DNA from: Candidatus Woesearchaeota archaeon
Lineage (GTDB): Archaea > Nanobdellota > Nanobdellia > Woesearchaeales > UBA12501
Direction of reading: 5' to 3'
Assembly: GCA_030651375.1 (NCBI GenBank)
Contig: JAUSFM010000009.1
Coordinates: 65,345-129,344, forward strand
DNA length: 64,000 nt
In this document: piece by piece, positions 9,520 to 18,554 of the stretch
Layout: every line of letters starts with the position of its first letter
Position numbering within the stretch: the stretch's first letter is position 1
The notes under the pieces: model-generated
The model's input: the letters and a program-made list of their open reading frames with translations, nothing else
Told to the model about the DNA's origin: nothing
Database searches by the model: none
Translations under genes and position numbers: made by a program

Positions 9520-10501
9520 ACAATTCTTCCCACTTATTTTTTCCCAGAACAACGAGCGCCTCTTTGAAGGTAATAATCGGTTTCTTGTAGCGCTCAAAAT
9601 CATCAACGGCGATTCTTGGGCAGGCCAGTTCGACAAATCCATCGACGGTGTAAAAATTATATATCTTGTCCGGCGTCATTTCTCTCATCGTAATCAACAA
9701 CACATTTTTCCCTTGCTTTTCAAAACCCTCTTTCAATAGTTGGTACGCGCCGAATTTTTGGCCGACCTTGAGGCCGATGATGATGCCGACGGTTTTTGCC
9801 TCTTTCATTTTTTCTATTGATGCGGCGCGCTGCGTAATTATCTCGCGGCGTTTTTCATCCATGAGCACAACGTCCTCGTTGTAGGTGTCCAGCAAAATAA
9901 CGGGTGTTTCCGGCAGCGCGAGTGCCGCGCCGAGCGCGTGGAACTGGTTGCCGAGCACGACGACTGCTTCAATATTGTTTTCTTTTTTGCTTTTTTTCAA
10001 GCCGCCATATTCGCAGCCGACCACATGGCCGTTGACGTGCGCATAGCCCTGCTTATTTGGAATGAATACTTTTTTTCCGTGCTGTTCGTAGAACTGTTTT
10101 ATTTTTTCAATGAGGTGAATGTGCTGAATTGAACTTACAAGGCCAATGGTTGTGTACTGTTCAAGAAACTTTTTTGATTTTTCAGCCAGCGGCATCAAAT
10201 CTTTGGTGTCTTCTACATACACATACAGAATCGGAAAATCGATTTTCACAAACGGCGCATGGCCAAAGTGCACAATCAGTTCTGCACCAACTGCTTTTGC
10301 CTCGTCCAAATCAATGTCACACCCGCCCCAACAGTGTTCTCCCGAAATAATAAATCGGGTGGCGGGAACTGCTGTTTGCAGCGGCGCCATAATATCCAAT
10401 ACGTCCATCTTGATGCCGAGCGGCAGCTGGACAAGCACAGTTTTTGGCTTTCGCTCTACCAGCTCTTGAATTGTTTTGTCTAACTGAAAATTGAAGCGCA
10501 T
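9500..10501 (-). CDS. dph2: Diphthamide biosynthesis enzyme Dph2 (2-(3-amino-3-carboxypropyl)histidine synthase)
   Basis: 333 aa. Matches archaeal Dph2 in length and in cysteine motifs (GEHCWGGCD; ELACPRIAVDD). An archaeal/eukaryotic marker. Confidence 0.85.
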   Translation of the reverse strand: MRFNFQLDKTIQELVERKPKTVLVQLPLGIKMDVLDIMAPLQTAVPATRFIISGEHCWGGCDIDLDEAKAVGAELIVHFGHAPFVKIDFPILYVYVEDTKDLMPLAEKSKKFLEQYTTIGLVSSIQHIHLIEKIKQFYEQHGKKVFIPNKQGYAHVNGHVVGCEYGGLKKSKKENNIEAVVVLGNQFHALGAALALPETPVILLDTYNEDVVLMDEKRREIITQRAASIEKMKEAKTVGIIIGLKVGQKFGAYQLLKEGFEKQGKNVLLITMREMTPDKIYNFYTVDGFVELACPRIAVDDFERYKKPIITFKEALVVLGKNKWEELFTDGFV

Positions 10502-10552
10502 GAAACCGTCGGCAGAAGGGGAGTATTTAAACGTTTCTCTTTCTTATGTATA

Positions 10553-11254
10553 TTATGTATACCTCTCAATCTTAACATTCTCCGGCGAGACATTCCGGCT
10601 TTTCAGAAGCTGCTGGGTTTCCAGCACCATGTCTTTAAACCCGCAAAGATAAAACATCTTGTTATTCAACTCAGCTGGCACGTGGTGCTGCACACGCCCC
10701 TGAAGCCCGCTCCATTTCTCTTGCGACAACGTGACCAGATAGGTGAAGTTGGAGTACTGCTGCGCCAGTTTTTTCAGCTCGCTATACATCAAAATGTCAC
10801 CTCGAGTCCGACAGCCAAAGAGCAGGGTAAACGGGAATGCCGGATTATTTTTAACGTGCTCCGTCAGCATTGAATAGAACGGCGCGATACCGGCGCCGGT
10901 GCAGATAAGCCAATTTTTCATTCCATCCTTTGCTGCTTTTTTTTCGTCAAACACAAAAAAGCCAAACGGCCCCTGCATCTCAAACACCTCACCTTTTCGC
11001 GCGTTTTTGAGAATGTCAGAGGCAAAGCCGCCCGGAATAATTTTCACGCACAGCTCAATTTTTCCTTTTTCTGACGGCGGATTTAAAATAGAGTATGATT
11101 TTGTTTTTGTCTGGCCATTGTTTGTTATTTTTATGAGTACAAATTGTCCAGCCGTGAAGGTAAACTGGGCGGGCACATCGAATGAAAAGTACGCGATGTC
11201 ATTCGTGAGATACCTTATTTCCGTAAGCGTTGCTTTGAAGATTTCTTTGGGCAT
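10553..11254 (-). CDS. Ferredoxin-NADP-reductase-like FAD/NAD(P)-binding oxidoreductase
   Basis: FAD-binding_6-like N-terminus and NAD-binding GTGIAPF motif. Start moved to the internal Met (MPKEIFKA) because the track ORF start overlaps the sodA start codon. Confidence 0.65.
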   Translation of the reverse strand: MPKEIFKATLTEIRYLTNDIAYFSFDVPAQFTFTAGQFVLIKITNNGQTKTKSYSILNPPSEKGKIELCVKIIPGGFASDILKNARKGEVFEMQGPFGFFVFDEKKAAKDGMKNWLICTGAGIAPFYSMLTEHVKNNPAFPFTLLFGCRTRGDILMYSELKKLAQQYSNFTYLVTLSQEKWSGLQGRVQHHVPAELNNKMFYLCGFKDMVLETQQLLKSRNVSPENVKIERYT

Positions 11255-11330
11255 GCCATCTGGGAAAAGGGAAACCTTTTTATACTTTCCGCAAATGTCT
11301 GTTTTATACTCACATTGGGGGTTGATTCTC
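11255..11330. promoter_or_regulatory. Divergent promoter with two ttttatact TATA-like boxes
   Basis: One box lies about 25 bp upstream of sodA; the other is oriented toward the oxidoreductase gene. Confidence 0.35.
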
Positions 11331-11936
11331 ATGGCACATACCTTACCAAAACTTGATTATGACTACAGCGCGCTTGAGCCGACCATTGACGCAAAAACAA
11401 TGGAGATTCATCACACAAAACACCATCAGGCCTACATTGACAAGCTCAACGCCGCGATTAAAGGGACTGCATTTGAATCAATGGACGTTGTTGAACTGAT
11501 AAAAAAATTAAACGAAGTTCCTGAAAACATCCGAACCGCTGTTCGCAATCATGGCGGCGGCCATCTGAATCATTCGTTCTTCTGGAAAATAATGGCGCCG
11601 AAAGCCGGCGGCGAACCAACCGGAAAAATTGGCGACGCCATCACGAAAACATTTGGCAGCTTTGAAAAATTCAAGGAAGAATTTTCAAACGCAGGGCTGA
11701 ATCGCTTTGGTTCGGGTTGGGCATGGCTCGTTGCAGATCATGGAAAACTTGCAGTAGTCAGCACGCCGAATCAGGACAACCCGCTCACGGACGGAAAAAT
11801 TCCCTTGCTCGGATGCGACGTCTGGGAACACGCCTATTATTTACGCTACCAAAACAAGCGCGCTGATTATCTTGCCGCGTTCTGGAACGTGGTGAACTGG
11901 AAGGAAGTTGAGAAACAGTTTAAGGCATTGAAATAA
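11331..11936 (+). CDS. sodA: Fe/Mn superoxide dismutase
   Basis: [17 protein letters not shown] and the [18 protein letters not shown] motifs of the Fe/Mn SOD family. The track ORF 10899..11936 is an N-terminally over-extended artefact. Confidence 0.9.
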   Translation: MAHTLPKLDYDYSALEPTIDAKTMEIHHTKHHQAYIDKLNAAIKGTAFESMDVVELIKKLNEVPENIRTAVRNHGGGHLNHSFFWKIMAPKAGGEPTGKIGDAITKTFGSFEKFKEEFSNAGLNRFGSGWAWLVADHGKLAVVSTPNQDNPLTDGKIPLLGCDVWEHAYYLRYQNKRADYLAAFWNVVNWKEVEKQFKALK

Positions 11937-11962
11937 AAAGGCTTAAATATGCCCGCTCTATA

Positions 11963-12613
11963 GTGACTCTTATGGCAGAAACAACAACCCAAACAACCCA
12001 AACAACCCAATCAACCACAAAACAATTCATCACCCGCGAAACAACCATCGGTGACATTGTTGCGCAGTATCCGTATCCTGAAATAGTTGAGACCTTGATG
12101 GGCTTCGGCGTGCACTGCGTTGGCTGCGGCGCGAGTGCGTATGAGTCGCTGGAAGACGGCTTTGCCGGCCACGGCATGGGCGACACTGATATTGATGAGG
12201 CGGTTCGCCAGCTGAATGAAGTTATTGGCAAAATCGAAGAGGAGCGCAGCGTGGCGCCTGCACCTGTTGAAACAGAATCAAAACAAGACTATAACCTCAC
12301 GCTCACTGAATCCGCTGCTGCAAAAATCAGGGAACTGCGCAGCAGAGAAAAGAAAGATGACCATGCGTTACGCATCAGAATCATTCCCGGCGGCTGTTCT
12401 GGCTTCCAGTACCGCTTTATTTTTGACAACAAGACAACTGCTGACGATACTATTCTTGAAAAGCACGGCGTAAACCTGTGTGTTGACAAAGAAAGTCTGG
12501 CTATGCTCAACAATGCGAAAATAGATTTTGTCGATACGCTGCAGGGCAGCGGATTTAAGATAGACAATCCCAATTCAACTGATAACTGCCATTGTGGGAA
12601 GAGCTTTAAGTAA
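11963..12613 (+). CDS. Fusion protein: DUF1858-like CxxC domain + IscA/HesB Fe-S assembly domain
   Basis: N-terminal (TTQ)n low-complexity stretch, then a DUF1858-like segment with VHCVGCGAS. C-terminal HesB/IscA domain ends with the cluster-ligand motif CHCGKSF. Confidence 0.65.
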   Translation: MTLMAETTTQTTQTTQSTTKQFITRETTIGDIVAQYPYPEIVETLMGFGVHCVGCGASAYESLEDGFAGHGMGDTDIDEAVRQLNEVIGKIEEERSVAPAPVETESKQDYNLTLTESAAAKIRELRSREKKDDHALRIRIIPGGCSGFQYRFIFDNKTTADDTILEKHGVNLCVDKESLAMLNNAKIDFVDTLQGSGFKIDNPNSTDNCHCGKSFK

Positions 12614-12617
12614 CCAT

Positions 12618-13028
12618 TCAGGATTCTCTTCGTTCGATATCACTAACTTTGTCAAACCCTCCATCAAAAGAATAAATTATCGGCACATTTAGTTCACGTG
12701 CAGCGACGATAAGTGAGCAGTCAGTAAGTGTTAATGTTTTGTATTGTGCCATCAATCTTCCGATTTCGTAGTGCATCACTTTATCAACGTACATGACCTG
12801 AATCCGCTCAACATCAGTTAAGGAAACGTAGGCTTTGAGAAGATCTTCAAAGCGTACCTTCTTCATAAGAAAATTAATTACTTCGACAATGACATAATTC
12901 GTGACAATCATCTTTCCTATTTTCTTATCGAGCAACTGATTCATGATATCGATGCTCTTTTGTCGATGCTGATCTCCTTTGTACCAAAGACCGATGAATA
13001 TGTTTGAATCAACAATTACCGTGTTCAT
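12618..13028 (-). CDS. vapC: PIN-domain ribonuclease toxin (VapC-like)
   Basis: 136-aa PIN fold with N-terminal VDSNIF acidic motif. AT-rich relative to surroundings. Translationally coupled to the upstream small ORF. Confidence 0.65.
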   Translation of the reverse strand: MNTVIVDSNIFIGLWYKGDQHRQKSIDIMNQLLDKKIGKMIVTNYVIVEVINFLMKKVRFEDLLKAYVSLTDVERIQVMYVDKVMHYEIGRLMAQYKTLTLTDCSLIVAARELNVPIIYSFDGGFDKVSDIERRES

Positions 13029-13324
13029 AGTGTTGTGTCTATCTCCTCAAGCCAGTTTTTTCCTAAGTCAATCGGTTTGATGCTCTTCAGTAATTGGGTA
13101 ATCCTTTCCCGTGTATTGTCTTGTTTTTTTCCAAGTCGGCTTGCCAGCTCTTCTTGGTGTTCTGCCGCAATTTCAATGCTTTTTTCGATAAGTGTTTTTT
13201 GCGCAACGGAAATACCACGGTGCTTGAGATGAATCTGAAGCTCATCAAGAAGCAGAACGCTTTCCCTTGCTATCCTGCGTGTTGTGTCTGGTTCCATAGT
13301 GACCACTTGACTACTTGTAGTCAA
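13025..13324 (-). CDS. Putative antitoxin partner of VapC
   Basis: 99-aa charged ORF overlapping the PIN gene start by 4 nt. Typical toxin-antitoxin arrangement. Confidence 0.4.
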   Translation of the reverse strand: MTTSSQVVTMEPDTTRRIARESVLLLDELQIHLKHRGISVAQKTLIEKSIEIAAEHQEELASRLGKKQDNTRERITQLLKSIKPIDLGKNWLEEIDTTL

Positions 13325-13353
13325 AACTACTATTTAAAGCTTGTGATATCAGA

Positions 13354-13953
13354 ATGTTTATAAATAACCTCATTTTTCCTTGTTCTATGGCTGACTTCCT
13401 CGACTTTCCTGACTTCGACCCCCCCCTGAAGCAGGTTGAACCTGACGACGCGCTGATTGTTCTTGCAGCGCTCCGCGCCGAGGAACAGGCGCGGCCAGAA
13501 TTGGTTGCTGTTTTCAAACCATTTCCCACACTGACAAGCGATTATCTCTATCTTCCACTGCGGCGCCGTGTTCGTCTTGGAATATTTAATCGCTCCAATA
13601 GTGGTTATCTTCACGGGCAGGGTACCGGCGACTGCATACGTGCATTGGACGGACGCAAAGGGCTGCAAGAACTTGCGCGCACGTGCCGCTGGACCTATCA
13701 AGTCCTCGCATTTTTTGATGCCTACACACAAGAACAACAAGAAGGAACCACACGACCGTTTACCAGCGGCACACTTCGCCAAACGAGCGACGGGAGAACC
13801 GTGCTCAAAAATATCCGCCACAACAGTTCTTCATTAGACACTGTTGTTCGCATTGCTGCCGAAGCCCAGCCAGACATTCTCAACCATTACTGGTCGCGCC
13901 AACGCGCAGAAGAGCAACGAGAAGTCTTAGTTCGCTCACCGTACGTTCATTAA
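13354..13953 (+). CDS. Hypothetical protein
   Basis: 199-aa ORF, no recognised motif. Confidence 0.35.
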   Translation: MFINNLIFPCSMADFLDFPDFDPPLKQVEPDDALIVLAALRAEEQARPELVAVFKPFPTLTSDYLYLPLRRRVRLGIFNRSNSGYLHGQGTGDCIRALDGRKGLQELARTCRWTYQVLAFFDAYTQEQQEGTTRPFTSGTLRQTSDGRTVLKNIRHNSSSLDTVVRIAAEAQPDILNHYWSRQRAEEQREVLVRSPYVH

Positions 13954-13982
13954 TTTTCTCTATTCCTTTCATCACACAAACC

Positions 13983-14011
13983 TTTATATACAAGTTCGCA
14001 TATACGAACTT
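13983..14011 (+). promoter_or_regulatory. TATA box (tttatata) followed by inverted repeat AAGTTCG-N6-CGAACTT: candidate DtxR operator
   Basis: 7-bp perfect inverted-repeat arms at 13992..14011 around a catata core, between the TATA box and the dtxR start codon (14016). Confidence 0.45.
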
Positions 14012-14015
14012 TTCT

Positions 14016-14417
14016 ATGATCACCGCGACCAAAGAGGATTATCTTCGGGCGATCTATCGCTTGGAGGAAAAACAGGGGCGGGCCGTCAAAGCCGTCGAGC
14101 TTGCCAAAGAATTGCACCTCGCTAAATCAACCGTCTCTGAACGGCTTCGGGAACTGTCGCGTGCAAAACTTGTCAAGCCGCAGTACTCAACGCTTTCCCT
14201 GACTGCCCGCGGTTGCGCTCTGGGGCGTACGCTGACCTACAAGCACCGCATCATTGAAGTGTTTCTCCATGACATGCTCAACTTCGACAAAAAGAAAATC
14301 CACGCCGAGGCACATAAATTGGAACACGCATTCAGCGATGAGGCAATCAAAAAGTTAAGCCGACTGTTGGGGAATCCGCGCACGGATCCGCACGGCTCAG
14401 CGATACCAGCGGTGTAA
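14016..14417 (+). CDS. DtxR/MntR-family metal-dependent transcriptional repressor
   Basis: 133 aa. N-terminal wHTH (KEDYLRAIYRLEEKQGRAVKAVELAKELHLAKSTVSERL) and metal-site His/Glu residues of the DtxR/IdeR/MntR family. Confidence 0.85.
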   Translation: MITATKEDYLRAIYRLEEKQGRAVKAVELAKELHLAKSTVSERLRELSRAKLVKPQYSTLSLTARGCALGRTLTYKHRIIEVFLHDMLNFDKKKIHAEAHKLEHAFSDEAIKKLSRLLGNPRTDPHGSAIPAV

Positions 14418-14419
14418 TC

Positions 14420-15706
14420 ATGTCAAAAAGTTCTTTCTTTCTCGGCGTCCTGCTTTTCGTAGCTGGCATTGTATTTCTTTTTCTTCCTCACGATGTACAC
14501 CTTAAAGTAACCTTTGGCATAAACCTTCCTCACGTCATTCACTCGCTCATTGGCGCCGGTGTTGGACTTATCGGGCTTATCAGTATCTTTAATTCACGCT
14601 TTGAGCGTTCGTTGCCTTTTTTTGCTGTGCATCGCCGTGTGCTGAAAAAAATTGTTGTTATGCTGTTCTTTCTTGTTGTCACTGCCAGCGTTTTTTTTCA
14701 GGCATCAGAAGGAAGCCACGAGCCGGGCAAGGCGAGCATCGAAACTGATGGTCAGCACGTGCCTGATGATTATGCCGATCTACACACGGTTGCACAAGCG
14801 CAAATGGGCGCTGTCGGTGAGGTAAGCGAATTTCCCGGTATTGATCCGACTGTGTATCTAACGGCGTGGAACTTCGACAATCTCCCCCCTGAAGAGCGCG
14901 CCAAATTCTACAAAGAAACTCCTCGCGCCGATGATACCATGCTGCGCGAATACTGGTTTTATGCTGAAGAAACAGAAATTGAAATCGCTCCCGGTGTTTT
15001 TTTTCCGGCATGGGCATATAATGGGCAAGTTCCTGGCCCCACGATTCGCGCAACTGAAGGAGATACGGTCCGCATTTATTTCACCAACAAGGCAGAAAAA
15101 CCCCACACCATGCACTTCCACGGCTTCCACCCGGCAGAGATGGACGGTTCCATGCCGCACCAGCTGGTGCTGCCCGGTGAAACCTTTACGTATGAATTCA
15201 CTGCCGAGCCGTTTGGCACCCACCTGTACCACTGCCATTCAGTTCCCCTTGCCCAGCACATCACCAAGGGATTATACGGCGTCTTTATTGTTGACCCAAA
15301 AACTGACCCGCGGCCGAAGCCAAACACAGAACTTGTCATGCTGATGAATGGCTTTGATCCGAACTTTGACGGCGAAAATGAAGTCTATGCTGTCAACACG
15401 GTTGCGTTTTATTACATGAAACATCCTATCAAAGTAAAAAAAGGCGAGCTGGTTCGCATTCACTTGAGCAACATGCTCGAGATTGATCAGATTAATTCAT
15501 TCCATCTTCACGGAAACTTTTTTGACAAATACAACACAGGCACCACCCTGACGCCGAGTGATTATACTGATATTTTGATCCTTGGCCAGGCCGAACGTGC
15601 AATCCTTGATGTGCGTTTCAAGTATCCCGGCCAGTACATGTTCCACTCCCACAAAACCGAGTTTGCCGACAAGGGATGGATGGGTATGTTTGAGGTGGAA
15701 GAATGA
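14420..15706 (+). CDS. Membrane-anchored two-domain multicopper oxidase
   Basis: N-terminal TM region, then copper-ligand motifs HTMHFHGFH, HCHSV...H and FHSHKTEF (T1 Cys, T2/T3 His pairs). Confidence 0.8.
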   Translation: MSKSSFFLGVLLFVAGIVFLFLPHDVHLKVTFGINLPHVIHSLIGAGVGLIGLISIFNSRFERSLPFFAVHRRVLKKIVVMLFFLVVTASVFFQASEGSHEPGKASIETDGQHVPDDYADLHTVAQAQMGAVGEVSEFPGIDPTVYLTAWNFDNLPPEERAKFYKETPRADDTMLREYWFYAEETEIEIAPGVFFPAWAYNGQVPGPTIRATEGDTVRIYFTNKAEKPHTMHFHGFHPAEMDGSMPHQLVLPGETFTYEFTAEPFGTHLYHCHSVPLAQHITKGLYGVFIVDPKTDPRPKPNTELVMLMNGFDPNFDGENEVYAVNTVAFYYMKHPIKVKKGELVRIHLSNMLEIDQINSFHLHGNFFDKYNTGTTLTPSDYTDILILGQAERAILDVRFKYPGQYMFHSHKTEFADKGWMGMFEVEE

Positions 15707-16890
15707 GCCGCCGCGCGAACCTCTGGGTTCGGGGGCTTTTGCCGCTCTTGTTACTTGCGGTTCTTCTCTTCAGCTTTGTTAACTTCGGTCCGCTTGGTGT
15801 TTTTAAGGCATCCTTTCCGCCGATTGAAGAAGTCTTCATTGACCGCGTCGTGTTCGCGCCAGAGCAGGTTACGCTCGATGTGCTCAATGACGGCCCGCAA
15901 CCAGTCACCGTCTCACAGGTGCTTGTAAACGATGTGTATTGGAATTTTAAAATGGAACCAAGCTCGACGCTTTCGCCGCTGCAGCGCGGAAAAATTGATC
16001 TGGTGTATCCCTGGGTTGAAGGCGAACCGATTGGATTCACGCTGATTGCCAGCGATGGCGTGACGTTTGATAAAGAAGTCGAGATTGCTTTTTTGACGCC
16101 AACCTTCAATTGGCTGTACTTCAAAACATTTGTCATGCTTGGCTTATATGTCGGTGTGATTCCCGTCCTTATTGGCTTGTTGTGGTTTCCGTTTCTTAAA
16201 CAACTGCACCGCAAATGGTACAGTTTCCTGCTCGCCTTCACCATCGGCCTGCTCATCTTTTTAGGATTCGATGCACTCAAAGAAGCATTCGACTTAGTTG
16301 GGTCAGTTGCAGAAACTCTGAACGGTGTTGGCATCTTTGTCATTGGCTTCCTGCTCTCGATTCTTGTTCTTTCTGCAGTCAGCTACCGGACTGAATTTGT
16401 TAAGCAAAAAAGCGCGCATGTCAAGGCACTTGTCTGGGGCTATCTCATTGCGCTGGGCATAGGGTTGCACAACTTGGGCGAGGGACTCGCCATTGGAAGC
16501 GCCTATGCGTTTGGTGAAATTGCGCTCGGCGCCACGCTGGTCATCGGATTCATGGTGCACAATGTTACCGAAGGCGTTGCGATTGTCACGCCGCTCACTC
16601 GCAGCGGTGAACGGTTTCGCAGCATACTTCCACATCTTGTCGGCATGGGCATTCTCGCAGGAATACCAACTATTCTTGGCACGCTCATTGGCGGTTTTTC
16701 ATACGGTCCGGCGTTGGGCGTATTTTTCTTTGCCATCGGCGCCGGCGCGATTTTTGATGTTGCGTTTGACATCGCACGCCATCTTGCCGAAGAAAAAGGA
16801 AAATGGATTTCCATCTTTACCCTGCCGAATGTTATTGGATTTTTCATTGGCTTATTGGTCATGTACCTGACTGGATTTTTAGTAGTGTGA
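15703..16890 (+). CDS. ZIP-family divalent metal permease with extra N-terminal extracytoplasmic domain
   Basis: C-terminal ZIP signatures GLHNLGEGLAIG and HNVTEGVAIV (ZupT-like). About 150 aa of non-ZIP domain sits between the first TM and the ZIP core. 4-nt overlap with the MCO gene. Confidence 0.8.
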   Translation: MSRRANLWVRGLLPLLLLAVLLFSFVNFGPLGVFKASFPPIEEVFIDRVVFAPEQVTLDVLNDGPQPVTVSQVLVNDVYWNFKMEPSSTLSPLQRGKIDLVYPWVEGEPIGFTLIASDGVTFDKEVEIAFLTPTFNWLYFKTFVMLGLYVGVIPVLIGLLWFPFLKQLHRKWYSFLLAFTIGLLIFLGFDALKEAFDLVGSVAETLNGVGIFVIGFLLSILVLSAVSYRTEFVKQKSAHVKALVWGYLIALGIGLHNLGEGLAIGSAYAFGEIALGATLVIGFMVHNVTEGVAIVTPLTRSGERFRSILPHLVGMGILAGIPTILGTLIGGFSYGPALGVFFFAIGAGAIFDVAFDIARHLAEEKGKWISIFTLPNVIGFFIGLLVMYLTGFLVV

Positions 16891-16899
16891 GGAATAAAA

Positions 16900-17268
16900 A
16901 TGGCTAAGCTTTTTCTGCTGCTTTTTTTCTGTATCATGGTTCTGTTGGCAGGGTGCAGTACGCTGCCAGAATCAAACACCGTGCCTACCGGCGCGGTGAA
17001 AGAATTTACCATAACAGCGCAAAACTGGGAATTTTCACCTGCAACTATTCGCGTCAATGAAGGCGACACCGTCGTTATTCATGCACGCACGATTGAAGGA
17101 ATTCACGGCCTACTGTTTCCTGATTTCAATATCAATAAACGGCTTGATCCGGGAGAAGAAGTAACCATTGAATTTGTTGCCGATAAAAAAGGCATCTTTC
17201 CTTTTGCCTGCTCGGTGTATTGTGGGAATGGGCATACTGCAATGAATGGAATTTTGATTGTGGAGTAA
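16900..17268 (+). CDS. Cupredoxin-fold lipoprotein with CuA-like motif
   Basis: Lipobox LLAGCS. CSVYCGNGHTAM resembles the CuA C-x3-C-x3-H-x2-M ligand set of COX2/N2OR cupredoxins. Confidence 0.6.
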   Translation: MAKLFLLLFFCIMVLLAGCSTLPESNTVPTGAVKEFTITAQNWEFSPATIRVNEGDTVVIHARTIEGIHGLLFPDFNINKRLDPGEEVTIEFVADKKGIFPFACSVYCGNGHTAMNGILIVE

Positions 17269-18538
17269 TACCATGCTCTCCTTTCTCAAATCATTCCGCT
17301 GTCTAAAAGACAGAAACTTCTGGACTTTTTTTGGTTCAGGGCTGCTCGTCAGCGTTGCCTACATGGACCCCGGCAACTGGGGCACCGACATCAGCGGCGG
17401 AGCATCGTTTAATTATGATCTTCTCTGGGTGATTTGGCTTGCTTCGGGCATGGGTATGCTTTTTCAATATCTTTCAGGCAAGCTCGGCATTGCCGGCTAT
17501 TCCCTGCCGGAACTCGTCAAGGAACGCTTCAAAAATAAATGGGCAGTGCTCTCATATTGGCTCCTTGCAGAAGTTGCGATTCTTGCGACTGACCTTGCTG
17601 AATTTTTGGGAATTGTCGTCGCGCTGAACTTATTGTTTGGCATTCCGCTCATTTATGGAACGTATCTTGCCATTGCCGATGTGCTCGTCATTATATTCCT
17701 CACTCAAAAACGGTTTCGCTTGCTTGAACAGGTGTTTGTTGTCTTTGTCTCCATCATCGGGCTTGCGTATGTGTACGAATTGTTCATCACCAAGCCAGAT
17801 ATTTCTGCAATCCTCATTCATTCCATCACGCCGAAACTGACGGCGGCGAGCGCGCTCATTGCCGTTGGCATCATTGGAGCGACGGTCATGCCGCATGCGC
17901 TCTTTGTGCATTCATGGCTGCTGAAAAATAAAATAATCAGCAGCAACGGCAAACTGGGCAACAAAAAAACAATCCTGAAATATCACCTTATTGATAATGT
18001 TGTTTCCCTCACGATTGCCGGTGGAATCAACGCGGCAATTCTGATTATGTCAGCTGCTGCGTTTTACCATATCGGCGCGCCGGTAGCAACACTGGAGGAA
18101 GCGTACAAAACGCTGATACCCTTGTTTGGCACGTTTGCGGCGGTCGTCTTTGCCGTTGCGCTGTTATCCGCAGGCATCTCATCGTCGGTGACCGGCACGC
18201 TTGCCGGACAGTCAATCATGGACGGGCTTACCAATTTTAAAATTCCGCTCTGGGTGCGCCGTGTCATCACCCGCGGCATCAACGTGATTCCCGTAACCAT
18301 CGCGATTGTGCTCGGCATTGACCCGCTGAAGATATTAGTTCTGAGTCAAGTTGCGTTGAGTCTTCTGATACCTCTTCCGCTGATTCCGCTCCTAGTGTTT
18401 ACCTCAAACAAAAAAATTATGAAATCTTTGGTCAATAAAAAAATAACCACCGTCTTCGCAGTCCTTTTTGCGGCAATCATTCTCTGCTTTAACGCGTACC
18501 TATTATATTCAGTCTTTACCGGCGGCGTTCAGTTTTGA
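17258..18538 (+). CDS. mntH: NRAMP-family Mn2+/Fe2+ transporter
   Basis: DPGNWGTDI metal-binding motif, 11-12 TM helices, 426 aa. Confidence 0.85.
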   Translation: MWSNTMLSFLKSFRCLKDRNFWTFFGSGLLVSVAYMDPGNWGTDISGGASFNYDLLWVIWLASGMGMLFQYLSGKLGIAGYSLPELVKERFKNKWAVLSYWLLAEVAILATDLAEFLGIVVALNLLFGIPLIYGTYLAIADVLVIIFLTQKRFRLLEQVFVVFVSIIGLAYVYELFITKPDISAILIHSITPKLTAASALIAVGIIGATVMPHALFVHSWLLKNKIISSNGKLGNKKTILKYHLIDNVVSLTIAGGINAAILIMSAAAFYHIGAPVATLEEAYKTLIPLFGTFAAVVFAVALLSAGISSSVTGTLAGQSIMDGLTNFKIPLWVRRVITRGINVIPVTIAIVLGIDPLKILVLSQVALSLLIPLPLIPLLVFTSNKKIMKSLVNKKITTVFAVLFAAIILCFNAYLLYSVFTGGVQF

Positions 18539-18554
18539 GAAATAGGCCTGCCAT

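Noticed and set aside
10899-11936. 345-aa ORF in the track spanning the SOD gene
   Set aside because: The N-terminal 144 codons read through the upstream divergent promoter and the antisense of the oxidoreductase gene. The SOD motif begins at the MAHTLPKL Met at 11331.
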